A stretch of DNA of 64,000 nt, taken from positions 61,516,464-61,580,463 of the forward strand of contig NC_043011.1 in assembly GCF_006345805.1 (NCBI RefSeq), given 5' to 3'. A model generated the notes under the pieces. The model had not been told where the DNA came from, made no database searches, and saw nothing but the letters and a program-made list of their open reading frames with translations. Numbering within the stretch: the stretch's first letter is position 1; every line of letters begins with the position of its first letter. The stretch is from Octopus sinensis (Eukaryota). The position numbers were made by a program, and so were the translations under genes. Of the stretch, positions 41,586 through 57,854 are shown piece by piece.

Positions 41586-44580
41586 AGCTGGGATAATTAC
41601 AAATGTGAGAAATACAAATGTATGCAAATAAAATTTTAACAAATATCTAAGTTTTGTTTTTTGGGTTTTGATGGAATTGGAAAACTTTAATAAACTATTT
41701 CTATTGAATAGCTCTATTTTGCGTATTAAGTACAGGAAACTCTCTCATGCGTATTTTAACCAAATTTTAATCGTTACAGATATTTTAATAAGCATTGCTA
41801 TCTATTTCTGTTTCAGTTCCTATTTCTGTCAGCATTTAGTACTCCAGCACTTAGTCCTGAAGCTGTGATTAAAACAAACATACAAAAATACATATCTGAG
41901 TAAATAAACTATTTATGCTACTATAATAAATATGTCGGTTTTGTTTTCTGGTTTTGACTGGATTTGAAACCTTATCAAAATTATATTTTTTAATATCTGC
42001 ACTTAGAATCAATCGTGTTTTGGATGACTTCCAAGAAGAGATGGACGTCCATGAGTACTGACTGAGTAAATACGGGTGAAGACCGAATGACGCTCAACAA
42101 ATTTCCGTTACTTTCAGATGTAGGGAGATGTTAAGTAATAACTTATTTGGTTCCCGAATCTGAGTGAGTGTATATAATACTAGAACCTTCCTTCGAAAGA
42201 TATTCCTTAAAGTCTTACACAGAAATTTCTTTCGTCTATAACATTTGTTTTGTCAAAGTTTGTTTATAATATATACACACTTCTTTATGACACCGCTACA
42301 AATTTTTGTGAGAACTCTCAGTGTTGAACCTATCATATTCACTTAGTTTCACACACTCTTTACGTCCTTGAATTTTATTCCTTTTCAATTTGCATTAAGA
42401 GCTTTTAGAAGGATTCCAGATGGAGATTTTACTTACATTACAAGTAAAGAAGAGACAATTACAGAATTCAAATTTAACCTCAATTATTTTGTCTTTGCTG
42501 CCAGGTTTGCATTAATAAGTGATCGAATCGTAACTAGGCATGCTTCTACTAAGTGAATACAATTGAAATAGGTCAAGAATTCAAGAATTTACTCGGAGCC
42601 GCTTCTGCTGTTCTCAGTTACGAATTGCTTCAGAATATATGTCTGCCCGACAACAGAATGTTTCACACTAATATTTGAGTTTTCAGAAACTCGATGACTG
42701 AAAACTTCCCCGATCTTATAAAAGATGAATGAGTTATTGACTGAATATCCTTCTGGGTAGACCATCCAAGACCAGTTATTTCTCCATCAAATGACTACTA
42801 TATTTCTAAATATTTTCCCCCTCAAAAGTCGAAATTTGCATGATGCATCTGATTTACTTAACAGATCCCATAGCGAAAGTTTTCTCTACTTTATCTACTA
42901 AATCTAATAATTTCGGATTACAGACATATTTCCTGTGATCCTGCTGCAATGCAGTATCTACTGACAGTGGTTGACTGCATGACATAGGCTAACCCAACGA
43001 CGTTGCCAGAGATGACACAACCGGATCTATATTGTCCTCGATATTTCGGATATAAAGCCCTGTAAGTACAAGAAAAATGTATATATTATTGTGGGACCGT
43101 CCCTAATTTAGAAAAGGCGCTACATTGTAACATATCTTGTCGATTCATTAGCTTGTATTTAACTCGCTAAACGAACATAGGCTCATTTTACGATCGTCTA
43201 GGTCAGTGTACATGGCTGCTTGTCGTTTATCTGTCGTTTCTTCTTCAGCGACAGACATTGAATGTCTGAAAGAAGAGGATAACGAAGACCTTATTAATTA
43301 AGCAAAGAGTGCGACAAATGAAGACATTATAGTGAGATTAGAAGTGAAAAGCAGAAGCGAAATATTCATGAACGAAAGCTTATAGCAGCTTCGCCGAGAA
43401 AGACATAATGGAAAATTAATGTGAAATGATAAAACCTAGAGACAACGTGAAGCAAGGGGTATTCACATTACCAGATAAGAATCAAAACAAAGCACCCAGG
43501 GTGGATGACTGAAAGAATTTTCCAGTTGATGTCAGAATGCAAAACAACAAACAACATGGCGCCCAAAAAAGAAACAATTTGAAAAGCAAATGTTGCAGAG
43601 AGAAACAATATTATCACACAAATAAAAACATATAAATGTATCTAAAAAATCAAAGAAATGACAGAGAATCGAACTTTAAATAAAAAAAATGAGGTTCTAT
43701 TAAAAAAAATAACAAATATCCATATAAACTGTTATATACTAAAAGAAAATATATTTCAATTTGTGATAAGCATGTCCTTTCTCTTCCGAGGATTCAGGAA
43801 AAGTGCATCAAAGTGTACGTTATTCAACGTACCAAATTCTTTTAAGATAGTAGGATGTGTGATTTGAAATAGCTACGGTTGATATAGTTGGCAGCCACAT
43901 TGATCCCTTCTATCCTGCACCAATTAAATGGTTCTGTGTCCCTTGCAATACATTTTCACTTCCCGTTTTGTCCCTTTTTAGTTTTATGGTTCTTAGAGGC
44001 TTTTTTTAAAAATTGAATCCCTTCTTACGTTTCAAAATTTTGAAACCAACTCTTTACTAACACCATAGGACTTCTACCGACGAAACGTAGCGTCTATGTG
44101 GACACTTATGTCTATCAAAATCAGTTGATAGTAATTTCTGAACGCAGTAAAGGGGATATGAATTACACGCACACACACACACATACACACACACACCACA
44201 CACTTAGCTCATACACACATACACACATACAAATGCACATATGCATATGTACACACACACCACGACCACTCACACAAACACACATGCACACACCTGCACA
44301 CACACACATATACACACACCACGCAATCTCACGCACGTACACACGGACAAACACACACACATACACATACGTATTTCAACAGATAAAATTCTCAAATAAA
44401 TCACTGAAACCGTTTTCGTTGTCATCCACACTATTAAAATGCGACAGAAAAAATATTATATAACAGAGTACGTTACAAATATAACCCCAGTTGGGCTGAA
44501 GACCAACAGCAGTTACATCGTTTCTAGGTTTATAAGACACGGAGAGAAGTAGAATAACATTCTATGAGAAAAAACCCACT

Positions 44581-44890
44581 ATGAGATATATTCTATGCAT
44601 TTGTCTTACCGTTGGTAAGTATTTAAAAGACAAATCTTTATCTTCCGAGATGCAAATGTTCGGCCGTAAACTCTGAATAGGATTTCATGCAATTTACAAC
44701 ACTTCCCACTTATATATTTCTATGCGTACACGCAAAACTACTCTCGAGCGTGCACACATACGCACACAGATACATACACAGACACATACACAAATATATA
44801 TATATATGTATATATATATCCATATATATATAGGTGTATATATATATGCATATCCGTATATATATAGATGTGTGTATGTATGTATGTATA

Positions 44891-44938
<48 letters not shown>

Positions 44939-45222
44939 GGTGAATGAATTATCCTAGTATGGATAATTCTGTTAACCGATACCTGGGTAGCAAATTTATG
45001 TCAGAAAACACGGTTGAAGCTATATGCCAAGGGCAGGAATCCCGTGTTCTCGTGTGTAAATTTGTGTGTTTTTTTAACTATGAATAAATGAAAGAATGTA
45101 GTCGAACGACGATTTTAACAAAATTCCTTTACGCTCGAAACATGTTTCGAATATGCAGCCTACGAAACATGTGTCGAGAGTAAAGGAATTTTGTTAAAAT
45201 TGTCGTTCGACTACATTCTTTC

Positions 45223-45302
<80 letters not shown>

Positions 45303-45501
45303 CTGTATGTATGTATATATATGTGTGTATATCTCTATATATAATTGTTAAAGACAACAAACGTTAAAGCAAGATATGCGTTAATATTACTGGAGCCCTA
45401 TTAATCAGTTACAGCACTTACCTAGCGTACCTAGTCGTGTAGATCCCCTGTGAACTAACACCCCCATATTTTCTATATATGCATGGATATCTATCTATCT
45501 A

Positions 45502-45558
<57 letters not shown>

Positions 45559-48500
45559 ATGTGTGTGTGTGTGTGTATGTGTGTGTGTGTTCATGTGTGT
45601 GTATGTGTGTGTGTGTGCTTGTGTGTATGTTTGTATATATATGTGTCTATACATAGATACATACGTATATAGATACATACATACATACCTACATACATGA
45701 CACTGTTTTCCGAAGAGCTAAACATAGAGGGGACAAACAAGGACAGACAATGGGATTAAGTCGATAACATCGACCCCACCAACTAGAACTTATTTAATCG
45801 ATTTGAAAAGGATGAAAGGCAAAGTCGACCTCGGCGCAATTTGAACTCAGAACGTAACGGCAGACGAAATATCGCTAAGCATTTCGCCTTGCGTTTTAAC
45901 GATTCTGCCAGCTCGCCGCAACTGCATATTTTTCTGATTTATGGACACTTGCATGACTATAAATGTGCACGTACGCCTGTATGTACGTTAGTATGCATGT
46001 AAGTATGTTTGTGTATGCATGTATGTATGCATGTATATGTGTAGATTTTTACAGTTCCAGTGATGGATTGGATTTGTAGTCTTCGAATTGCCTTTCTACT
46101 TTCTGGTTTATAATTTCTCACGTTTGGTATTTAGGCAGCGTGTGATTAATTACTGGTATAAGCCTGAACTTTTAATCTGGATAGAGAAACTACAGATTTC
46201 TCAATAGTTCAGCGTAGGTACTCTCTGTTTCGTTATTATATTTCATAATCATGTTTTTTTGCAATCCCTGCATTTATTCATTTTCTTCTCCCTGTTCCAG
46301 TTATTGGGTTGCAGTTATGTTGGTGCTTAGGTATGTAAATATTAATCATCAGCATTATTTACTTTGAAATGCGATACTATTTATCGATCCCTATTTGTCG
46401 AAACATTCAGATATGCAACAGGGACAAATTTCATGACTTTTAGTAACCAGTTTTAACATAAATATATGCTCTGAGGTTGTGTGGGATGATGAATGGAGGC
46501 ATAATGTCGCCATCACTAGTGATTACTCTAAAGACCATGATGTTGACTGGATGTTTCGTTATTCTCAATCTTGGTACATACACTGGGGACATCTTACTTG
46601 TATTATAGGAATAACCATAAGTGTGTAACTTGAACGCTGTCAACGTATTAAAAGTTAGAAAATTATCAATTATGTAATAATTTCAAAACTCCTAACGAAG
46701 CAATCTTCACACAAAACAATTCACTAGTCACACGAAAAATCAGAAAATTTGAAAAGTCTTATCTCTAACAACAAGCATCCAGATATGAAAGTTTCCAATT
46801 AATTATGTGGTTTTAGGCTGCAATTAAATGTTTTAATTTATATTATGTTTCACGAAAATTCTTAACTTGCAGAATATGAAAAGATGAAATATTGTGTGGC
46901 TAAAAGATATTGTCCTGAGGCTTGGAAAAAGTATCCTGAGGCATTTAAGAGAGAAAGTCATGTTAATTTCTGTCCGTAAATATCAGTTTATTTTCAATAA
47001 TACTTTTGTTAGCAAACCTATTGAATATATTATTTAACTAAGTTTAATAATCAATACCAGTATTTAGCAGCTAATGCTAATTACTACTGGTATTTCTTAT
47101 ATGAGATTATTTTAAGAAATTGTGCGCAGCGCACACGATTTAAAACACTCAAATAATTTATTAGGTTTTTATCATAAAACAGAGAAAATCAATTTAGACG
47201 ACCAAAAAGTAGACAAATTAATTAATACATTTTAAAATGGTACAGGTTTCAATTTCACTAAGAATTCTTAGTTCAAAATTAATGCAAAATATATCCAGTT
47301 ATGTTAAGCAATAATTTTCAGTAATCATATCAACCGATTAATTTTTGCTTTCCAGGCGATTAAGAATGTATAAAGAATGTGCAAAGAAGAAAGGACCATG
47401 GTATTGTGTGAGGATAATGGAAATGGAAAGTCTAAATTTTCCTAAGTGTTTTCGTAAGAGGATTTTCAAAATTGTTTTTCACATCATATTCTTAGAAATC
47501 GTGAGATAGTGAACTAAATTATAAACCATATTTTTGTATAAATTCTTATAGAAGTAATTTGAAATTTGCCATTCGACTAAAATCAAAACTTTAATATTGT
47601 TGATTCTTTTCTATTCAATCAACATTCAAATAAGCGATGGAATTTGTTCTACTCTAGGCACAAGGTACAGAATTTCTTGGGAGAGGGCAGTCGATTAGCT
47701 CGACCCAGTACACAAATGGTACTTAATTTAATCGACTCCGAAATGATGAAAGGCAAAGTCGATACCGGCTGAATTTGAACTCAGGACATAACGGCAGACG
47801 AAATACCGCTGAGCATTTTGCCCGGCGTGCTAACGATTCTGCCAGCTCGCCGCCCTTAATAAGCGATGGAATATAAATATCAGTACGCTAGTATTTAGTC
47901 ATGACTGTTTACGTCGTTGTATTTCTGTATACCACCATGTTGATTTTATCGATTAGTAAAGTTTACGAGAGCGAAATATTAATTTTAACCCAATTAATCA
48001 GGTTCTCACATTTTTATTCCAGCTGTTCCTAAAAGTAAAATGTCAAGGAACCTTTCAGTCCACGTTATGTTTTCACACTGTGCCTTACTAATACTTATTC
48101 GGTGCACATTTTTGTGATGGAGGAATTAAATACCAAATACCAATATATTTGATGTAAGGACAGTTATTAAATATCACACATTTCATATTGATATTTTACT
48201 TTCACAATATTTTCAACTATTTTCCTTCGGTAGGGAATAAAAATGGCTGTTGAATTATCTGACAGTATTAATCCGGTGATATAATAATACTAACACGAAT
48301 ATATCAAGAAATTGTCATAGGAATATCTCAATGATTATTATTTCCAACTAAAATCTCAATTCTCTGTTGCATTAGCGAATCGTTAACAGAAAATATGCTA
48401 TGTATGTTCATTATCCGTGACGATGCGGTTTCGATATAACTCTGGTGACACAGTGATATATCTGCATAACCCTTAATAGAAATGTATTTATACACTGTAG

Positions 48501-49221
48501 GCTAACGATATTATAAACAATGTCCTTAATCAGAAAATAATACTGTAATGTTGTTCTGATAGGACTGAATGTTACTAAAATATTAGCGTCCTGCCAGTGC
48601 AATATAACAATTACTGTATGTATTATGTGACTGTAACATCGATTATGCCAGTGTAACATCAGAGTAAAACTGTTGTATTATCTTTGGGAAGTCTATTGCC
48701 AATTTATCTTCGACATTTCAAGGAAATATCTAACATTTCAGTTTGCAAATTGGTGAAAGGTTGATTGATCCCTTAGCATATTTCTTTAGACTTTTCCTTT
48801 ACACAACACCTCCAACAGTTTTGGAAGAGAGTTTGGGATTTGCTTTAGTTAGATCGCTTTAGATCACTTTAGATCACAGGTGACGAAGGGAAAATGGAGC
48901 TGTTTGTTAAGTATTGTTGTGAGAACCAGTACATGATAATAGAAGAGGCAGGTTTTGTTAAGCATATGTAAAATATTTGCTGGGGGATGCAAACCTCGAA
49001 ACAAATAACAAATATGTAGCATTGAAACATGGCAGAGACTGATTGGTGGGAAGCTAGCGCGGTCGGCATGTCGCATAAACTAACGACAGACAATACTAAA
49101 TTATCTACGAGCAACTCCATTTGTCTATTTTCATTCAAACATCTTTTCAATAGAAATATTTCAATAGCAGTTGTATTCTATTATCATTGCAGTTAATATT
49201 CCATTCAGCACTTATTACTGA
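44581..49221 (+). CDS. G5: secreted six-Cys peptide precursor, 97 aa (exons 44581-44614, 46301-46330, 46873-46975, 47356-47453, 49193-49221)
   Basis: Canonical splice sites, open frame. [97 protein letters not shown]. Confidence 0.88.
44936..45227. mobile_element. G5-specific insertion in a (TA)n tract ending in a 65-bp foldback
   Basis: Absent from the equivalent intron-1 position in G2-G4. Arms 45085-45149 and 45163-45227 differ at 3 positions. Confidence 0.7.
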
Positions 49222-52148
49222 AGCTGGGATAATTACAAATGTGAGAAATACAAATGTATGCAAATAAAATTATAACAAATATGTAAGTTTTGTTTTTTGT
49301 GTTTTGATGGAATGGGAAAACTTGAATAAGCTTTTTCTATTGAATAGCTCTATTTTGAGTAGTTTATTTAGGATGCGTCTGGTGCTTGAAGGAAGGAATT
49401 TCGTGAGAATAGGTTGTGCAATTATGCGTGAAGATTGAAAGTTTATGAACTTATTCCCTTTTCTTTCATTCTTCAGCTACACTGAAATATTTAGGAATAA
49501 CATGTCTGGATTATAAATCTGAATGAGTGAATATGACACTCGAACCTGTTATTGAAATTATATTTCATGTATCCCAACTCATCAGGAGAACTACTAAGTT
49601 AAACCCGTTCCCCAGAAAATTGCTTTCCAGGAGACGAGGAGCTCTGAATTCTCTTATCTAAATAGTACAATTTTTTAAGGCAGGTATGTGTATAGCTCAT
49701 TTCCTATTAAATCCTGGTCTTTCGTTGGTTAGTATGATACATATATGTTTCTTGCATGTCACTTCTTCAACCTTCTTTTGTCCTTAACATTTGTTTTCAA
49801 CAAGAGACTTTTACCACCACGAGCTTCTCTAAGTAAATTCTATATAATGATTTCTCTTAATCATTATTATTAAGGTATCAGCAAATACCACATAGATATT
49901 TTAGATATTCATATAAGATCAGAGTTTAAAGGTTCACTACATTAAGGGTTACAATATAGTATTTTCATTGATCAGTTTCTTGAACTGGCTTAAACATGGA
50001 TAAATTCATCTCTTATAAAAATTGATATATGTTTTGCATAGGTTTCAAGAGAATAACCATATATTTGCCGAATCTGTGTACGTTCACCGGAAAGATTTGC
50101 AAGAATCTGAGCATTAATAAGCATTAGGACATTGTATATTGATACAGATCGGAAGTTGATTCTCTATAAGTATCGTTTGCTGGTTTGCTCACGTGAAGTT
50201 TTTACAAGATGTCGAGGGCGGTATTCTGAAAAAACTTTAACCAGTTTTACATTTAGATTTCATTAAATAAACATGCAACAGAATTAAGCCGGTGTATTTG
50301 TACTGTTTAAATAGTTTATCGACTATACCACCACCACCACCACCACCACTTCTATCACCACTATTATATCTACCAACACAACCGCCACGACTAAACAAAG
50401 ACTTTTTATCGGAGTACTAAACAATACTAAAAATGTAAACCTACAGTTAAAGAACAAGAGTACATTTGAATCTGGGTCAAACAAGAATACAATTAATCTA
50501 AGGATAAACATGGATGCAGGTGACCGAAGGCTTAAACGGCTTCTATACGGCAAAACAACATGGTAATTGATCAAGGGTAATACAGCAACAATACACGTGT
50601 CCAAGCGCGAAACAACAGTAATATTGGTGACGAAGCGCCTAAAAGACAACAATGCATTTGATTAATTGATGACTAGATGTAGACTAAAAAAATAATAATA
50701 ATGCAGCACATATGGCTATAGAACAGCAAAAGAGATGTCTAAGGCTAAGCGACTGACCTAGGTCTAAAAAGAATACATATTACACAGGGTTAAGCAAAAC
50801 GATGCTGCTAAACTGAGGATTTCCTACGATTGACTTAAAGCTAAGCAACATTATTCTTGTTTACCAAGGGTTTAAGAAGAAGAATCGATTTTCTCAAAGT
50901 CTAAACAATACAATTAGTAAACTCAGTAAATTTGAGACGGCAGTAGAAACTAATCAGCAAAACTGTAGACCTCTGAGTATAGCTCCTCTTTGTCAGAGAA
51001 AAGGAAAGGGTTAAGAGAACTCAAGCTAATTTTGGAGAAAACTGGGTAAACCTAATCTCTCTTCGAAGGATTTCCATTCCTTTCCTGATTGGTCAAACAA
51101 AAAGCCTTTTGCCTCTCATTTTCTCTAAATCCGCTAAACTGAATTGACTTTATTGAAAACAGTTCTGTTGACGTTCTACGACTTCAACATTATTAATCTT
51201 CTTTTGAAGTTTTTTCGGATGAATTCCTGAACCCCGAACTTTAACCTGATTCTGTATTTCAGGTGCGTTGATACGTAAGTCATCAACCCACTGCCGTTTT
51301 TATCAACTACGATGACATCGATTAAGATTTTTTTCCTGGGTGGTGGCCCATTATGGCTATTTTTATTTTTCTGGTGGATTTGCTTTCTTTTTTCCTTATT
51401 CGTTTTTTATTAAGTGATTACAATGTTTCCTGCACTGCCTTCACCTCGACATTTGCCGAAATACTTGAGCGAAATAAGGAGCTATGACTTATGTATGTGT
51501 GTAGGCTTATGTCACTTTTGTCGGTGTTGGTTTCCATGTTCTGATGATGTTGGTCTTTGAGAGGCTGCATTACCCTAGCAACGGTTTTGTCTTTTTTTTC
51601 TTCTGAATGTCTGTTTCCCATTGCTACTCTAGTTCTATATGCTACTATTACTGCCTCACTTGTTGTTGCACTTATTTTGTGGTCAAGCTATCCGCAGTCT
51701 TTGTAGGAAAGGAGAACAAATATTTAACAATTTGCAATTCTAAACATATAAACAAACTGAACAGAAATACGAGTGATCTGAAAGACATCTTGTCGATTTG
51801 AACATAGAGACATATTTAAATCGACATGAAGTTTATTTATAAGTATGTCTTGCTTCTCTTGTGTATCATTTTGTCTTTGGAACTAAATAAACACAAGAAC
51901 ACGAACTGTAATGAAAAGAGAAAAGAATAGGTATCGAATCGTCCATATAGAAGAGAGTTTGAAAGGAAGGAGTCAAAGTAGCTTCTCTGTAAATGATTTA
52001 GTAATAGCTATGAATCTTAAACCGGGAAACGTCGAAAGTCATAAGGAAAGTAAGTATAATCGCAGGAGTATGGTAAATGCTGTTATGACAATATTGCTAT
52101 AATATATATATGATATATGTATGCATATATATCATATATAATATATAC

Positions 52149-52203
<55 letters not shown>

Positions 52204-52584
52204 TATGTATATACAGAGAGAGAGAGAGAGAGAGAGATGTTTATATCAATAGATCCACTCACTTTACACAGAGTACAAACGACAGAAAAAATGAAACGGG
52301 AAGAAGAAACGTGTTATAAGTCCAACAACTGTTTATGGGGGATTGAGATCCATCATAATGTTGGTATATGCAGCTCATTACAGTTTGTGGCCTTAATGGA
52401 AGCAATCAACATTGAATAAATCGATTCCAGCCTTGAAATTTTCTGAATTTTGATCTGAAATGTATGATCTTATCTACCCTGATGGCAGAGGCTTAAATTT
52501 GTATTTCATATCCAAACTCTTATATTTAATTTTAATCTATCTAATCTGTTTATCAACTTCATTCCTCTTATAGCTGTTCAGTAC

Positions 52585-52643
<59 letters not shown>

Positions 52644-52919
52644 CTGTGTGTCTGAGTGAGTGAATGAGTGTTAAATAAAATGTGACAACAAAGATATTTC
52701 TTGGACATTTATAAAGAGAAAGGTAGTCTTACAGGTGTTTAATTGATATAAAAGTGTTATACACGCTCACACACGACCCATGTTAGACTCCTCTTTCATA
52801 GTATTATCGAACTGGAAGTCTAACAGCGGTCCCTCCATAGCACTTACATTATCTTACCTGCCTTTTGTGTCTTCTGGATACCAAAGTCTCTCATATTATT
52901 GCTTATGCACATACATACA

Positions 52920-52953
<34 letters not shown>

Positions 52954-54125
52954 CATACATACATATATTTATTTAGAGCGTTATTGCACATAAAAAAATT
53001 AGTAGACAAGTATAGCTAGGTCATTAGCTTGAATGAAACAGGAAGGAGCTGGGAATAATAGCTCAGAATGCTACTGCAAAAATATAAATCGACTGCATAT
53101 TTCATAAACGTTCTCATATGAAATATCTATTGTTTTCGGTCGGCTTTCAATTCCATCTCACAAACAGAGACATTGCAGATACTAGCACCATAGAGTATGA
53201 AGTCGTTAAAGAGGCAGAATCATTCATCATCCCAACATATGCTTTCTTAACTGGAATAAATAAATGGTATGTTCTTCATTAGATTTAGATTATTAATTCA
53301 CAAATAAGATTTAGTAGCTCACAGAGGCACTAGCATATTTTTAGCGTTGTCTCTGGTGATTTCGCGTTTCTGTAAGTTCATTGAGTTCGTTATTTAAATT
53401 ACCTCTCTACAGATTTTTGGGAGGATCGTGCGAGTGTGTCAGGCACCTCCCGTATTACGCTCACCAACTCAGCCTTTAGATATTATTCGCCCATATCATT
53501 GTAGGTCCCGCCAAAAGCCTTCAGGCAGTAGGCGAATTTCCGTGTGTGATAAAGGAATTGAGATCTTAATTAATGCGAATTCATGTGCTCCTTTACTTGA
53601 CACAGGACTCTACTCAACTCATAAAAAAACGTTGAATTAAAAATCCTGAGCATGGGAAATGTTCACAATTAAATACTGTAAGATATGTTGTCAGGACTAA
53701 ACCGTTGAAGTTTAATTAAGAATAACCATGTCTGTATCGTTTGGAAGTTTCTTTGCTACCAACTGGTTTCAGTTTCAATTTCACTGCGCGGCACCTTGTC
53801 CATACAAGTTTTCTACTATTGCCCCAGTTTAAGCGATGCCTTGGGTGTAAACTCGGACGAGAAGTGTACTGACGCCCGTCGTATATATATATATTTATGT
53901 GTGAATGTACATGTGCATCTCTATGTGTGTGCTTATGCCCACCCATATTACTGTTAACAACCAGTGTTGGTTTGTTTTCATCCCCTCAAATTTGCGCCTC
54001 AGCAATAGAGACCGATAGAACAAAAAGCGATGAGGGTTAAATTCTTCAATGAAACCCTTGAAAGCGGCTCCTTAGAATTGCCGCAGTAGATTGACTGAAA
54101 CAAGAGAAAAAATATATATATAGCT

Positions 54126-54171
<46 letters not shown>

Positions 54172-54176
54172 GTAGG

Positions 54177-54249
<73 letters not shown>

Positions 54250-54919
54250 ATGTGTGTGTGTATGTGTGTGTGAATATATGTGTATGTGTGTGTGTATAAA
54301 AGTAACAAACTGAGGAAAAGTAATCCTTCAAAGGGTTGTGTTGTTAAACATCCAATTCACTGGTACCTCACTTGAATACTATAGAAATAAGGGTACAATG
54401 CAATAATAATAAATCAAATAGACAGATTCAACTGAATTAATGTATTTCTGCAATTTAGCCGGTCCCTTCACACAGAATTTCGTCTATGTTTTGAACCAAA
54501 GCTCTGATGAGACTCATATAAATTCATATGAAATTTTTATAAATCAAACAATGTACTTAAATCGAAACAAACTGTTGGCTTTTATGGTCTTTTAATAATT
54601 TTCATAGTTTATTATGCTATATTATAATATATATAAATAAATTATTAAATTGTGAATTGAATCTCTCTATCTAGTTAATTGTGTATATAAATTTCTTGCA
54701 AACAACTTGCACATGCAAGTGCTACCAGTCAAAAATTCCGTATACCGGAAGCCAGCAAGTGTGTGGGGTCATCAGGAGAGAATGCTCGCCGTTTCGGGGC
54801 CCACCTCTCAACGGCATCAATGAGCACCGGCCCCACTCACTGATATGAGGCCCCACTTGCTAGATCAACTGGTTATCAAATACAGCTCAATATTTTTCTA
54901 GCCATCGCTCATCGTCTCT

Positions 54920-54953
<34 letters not shown>

Positions 54954-56384
54954 CATCATTGTTTGACATCCATCTTCCATGTATATATATATATATATAT
55001 ACACACACACATACATGCATGTATCTCATTTAATGAGACAACATGTACATATTATTCATTCTACCAAAGGTGATATCTGTTTTTTCAAAACGTTGTCAGT
55101 GAATGAAAAATATACGTTCATAAAGTATGAAGTGGTAAACGTACAAAGCTAATTATCGGTTGGAGTTTATGATGTTCTTACAAATTTCGGACAAGACAAG
55201 GAAAACAACTTACCTAGGCAAAAATCTCTATAGAGATTAGCGTACGGAAATGGACACTTCGACTGATATGCATTATGACATTCTTTATACAGTTCAATTA
55301 ATCTGCAAAACAAGCAGCACAATTCTATATATGAAAATAATTTTCTCGTTGGTGACAATATTTTACAGCATTCAAAACGTCGAGCCGCCAGAACCATTAG
55401 CACCGCCAGACAAATTACTTTGCTGCATTACGTGCCTCTTTACATTCCACAGAGGCCGAGTTCACCTTTTATCTTTTCAAGGTCGATAAACTTTTACCAG
55501 TTGGTCTATATAATCGGCTTATCCATATTATCGGCGTCCATATAATCGGCTTATCCCTGAAGTTGTTGACTTTGTGCCAAAATCATTTCCGGTCATGAGA
55601 TGGCAGAAATGTTAGCATGTCTCCTTCGTACTGCTTTCAAGTTCCGCTAATGGGGATCAATGTAACCGGCTTACGCCCTCGTCCAAATTGCAGATCTTGT
55701 GTCACAATTTGATAGCAATATTTTACATTATTTATATTCTTAAAGGGGTGAGACTTTAGAATCACTAGCGTGTCGGAGAAAATTCTTAACGGCATTTCTT
55801 CCGGTTTTATATATGATTCTGGGTTCAAATCGCGCGGACATCAGATTTACCTTTCCTACTTTCGGGAAAGATAAATAAAAACCTTAATAAAAGTACTTGC
55901 TGCCCTGTGCCAATAATAGAATGAATGATTTAACTAATTAAATTCACTGGAATTGATAAAATAAATAATATTTTAAAAATAGATTTTAAAATAAATTACT
56001 TTATTTACGCTTTATTCATTATGACAGCAACTGTCTTCGTAATTTACTTTAACTTTCATTCTTCTGACATTGATAGTCTCTGAACGAAAACATATTTAGG
56101 TTTAACCTGATTGAAAATGTGATAACTTGTGTCTATGTTAGAAATTAGCATTATATTAAGTATTTTTAGCCATATGATAGCATAATCGGTTGAGCACCAG
56201 ACAGGTGCTTTGTTCCATATTTTCCTTATGGTTTGAAATGGTGAGGAATAGATATTCGCCTTATTCTGTTTTATATAGTATATACCACTCAAGTTTGCAA
56301 TTGCCTTGATACAATAGCCGTGTAACTAATATAATTTCTTTCTGTCTTTCTTTCTCTCTTCCTGTATATATATATATATATATG

Positions 56385-56466
<82 letters not shown>

Positions 56467-57083
56467 TATGTCTACCTGCTGGAAATAAGAGTCAAAACTC
56501 TTATTTAAATCGCCAAAATACGTTGATGATGCCTACAGAAATCAACCGAAGGTAAATCAGGTTAAGACAATTTCCCAACGTACATTTAAGTATTTGAGCT
56601 TACGTGGACCGGTTTCTGCACTGGCAAAAATAGTCTTAGCTTCCTCAGCACGCGCCACCATGTTAGAGACTCCCAACCCATCGCTTTGAAGTCTGCACTG
56701 TAACTGATTCGTTTTGCGCCGAAATCATGGCAGGCATCAGTGTTTTGAGTGTTATTTCCAGCAGATACACGTACTTAGTATGTCTTTTGATTAATTTGGA
56801 TCCTTCAGCTATCTAATGCTTTTCGGTGGAGCGGCCTGCAATCGCTTTTATAATTGACTCTGTTATTATATTTGTTTTTAAAATAGTTATATTGGATAAT
56901 AACAGAATTAATATCTTCGCTAATTAATTATTCGTGAATTATTTTCCCCGTGAATTGCTAACTCCAGTATCGAGATTATATATATATATGTTTGTATGTA
57001 TGTATATATATACACATGCATATATACATTTGTATATATACATATATATACATATATATATATAAAAATTATATATTCATATA

Positions 57084-57139
<56 letters not shown>

Positions 57140-57176
57140 TACATATATGTACATATATATACAGATATATATATAC

Positions 57177-57217
<41 letters not shown>

Positions 57218-57854
57218 ATATATATATCCATATATATATCCATATATATATATACATATATATATATCTATATATATCTATATATATGTATGTATGCATG
57301 TATGCTTGTATGTGTTAAGCCAAACAAGGATTAATAAGAAGTTTTTAATCCAGCTGAAATACTTTTTAATCTCTCTGGATATAGAGATACACTTAGCTAA
57401 CGAAGTATTGTTATCAGTATCGAACTCTGTTGTACTCCAGATAATCCGAAATGAAATTATATCACCAATCAAATTTGTAAATCCATAGTTCCACTAACCC
57501 TATTGTATGTTTTTTAAAGAGTGACATATGAAATAGATAGAAATAACGGGTTATATACACTTATTGTAGGCTTACAACTGTTTCCGATATGCGTTTGGGT
57601 GCGTTTATGGTTCAATCTAATCAATCGATCGATTGATCAACTGAATAGATAAAGGATCACTAACCAACGCTATTATCATCTTCAGAGATGAAACGAAAGA
57701 ACGATTCCGTCAACAGATCGATTGATAAGACTGCACCTTTGACACATTTAAAACAGTTGTGAGCCTATAATAAATGTGCGTGACCCATTATTTCTGCCTA
57801 CCCTATATACGAATACACACACACACACACACACACACACATATTTACTTTCCT

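Noticed and set aside
49380-51800. Possible decayed LINE (KYLGI-like motif near 49480) and ORF 50323-50652
   Set aside because: No continuous frame or second motif; the ORF partly derives from a (CAC)n repeat.
54500-54535. CTGATGAG...GAAA motif
   Set aside because: No stem II closing pair and no stem I or III complementarity.
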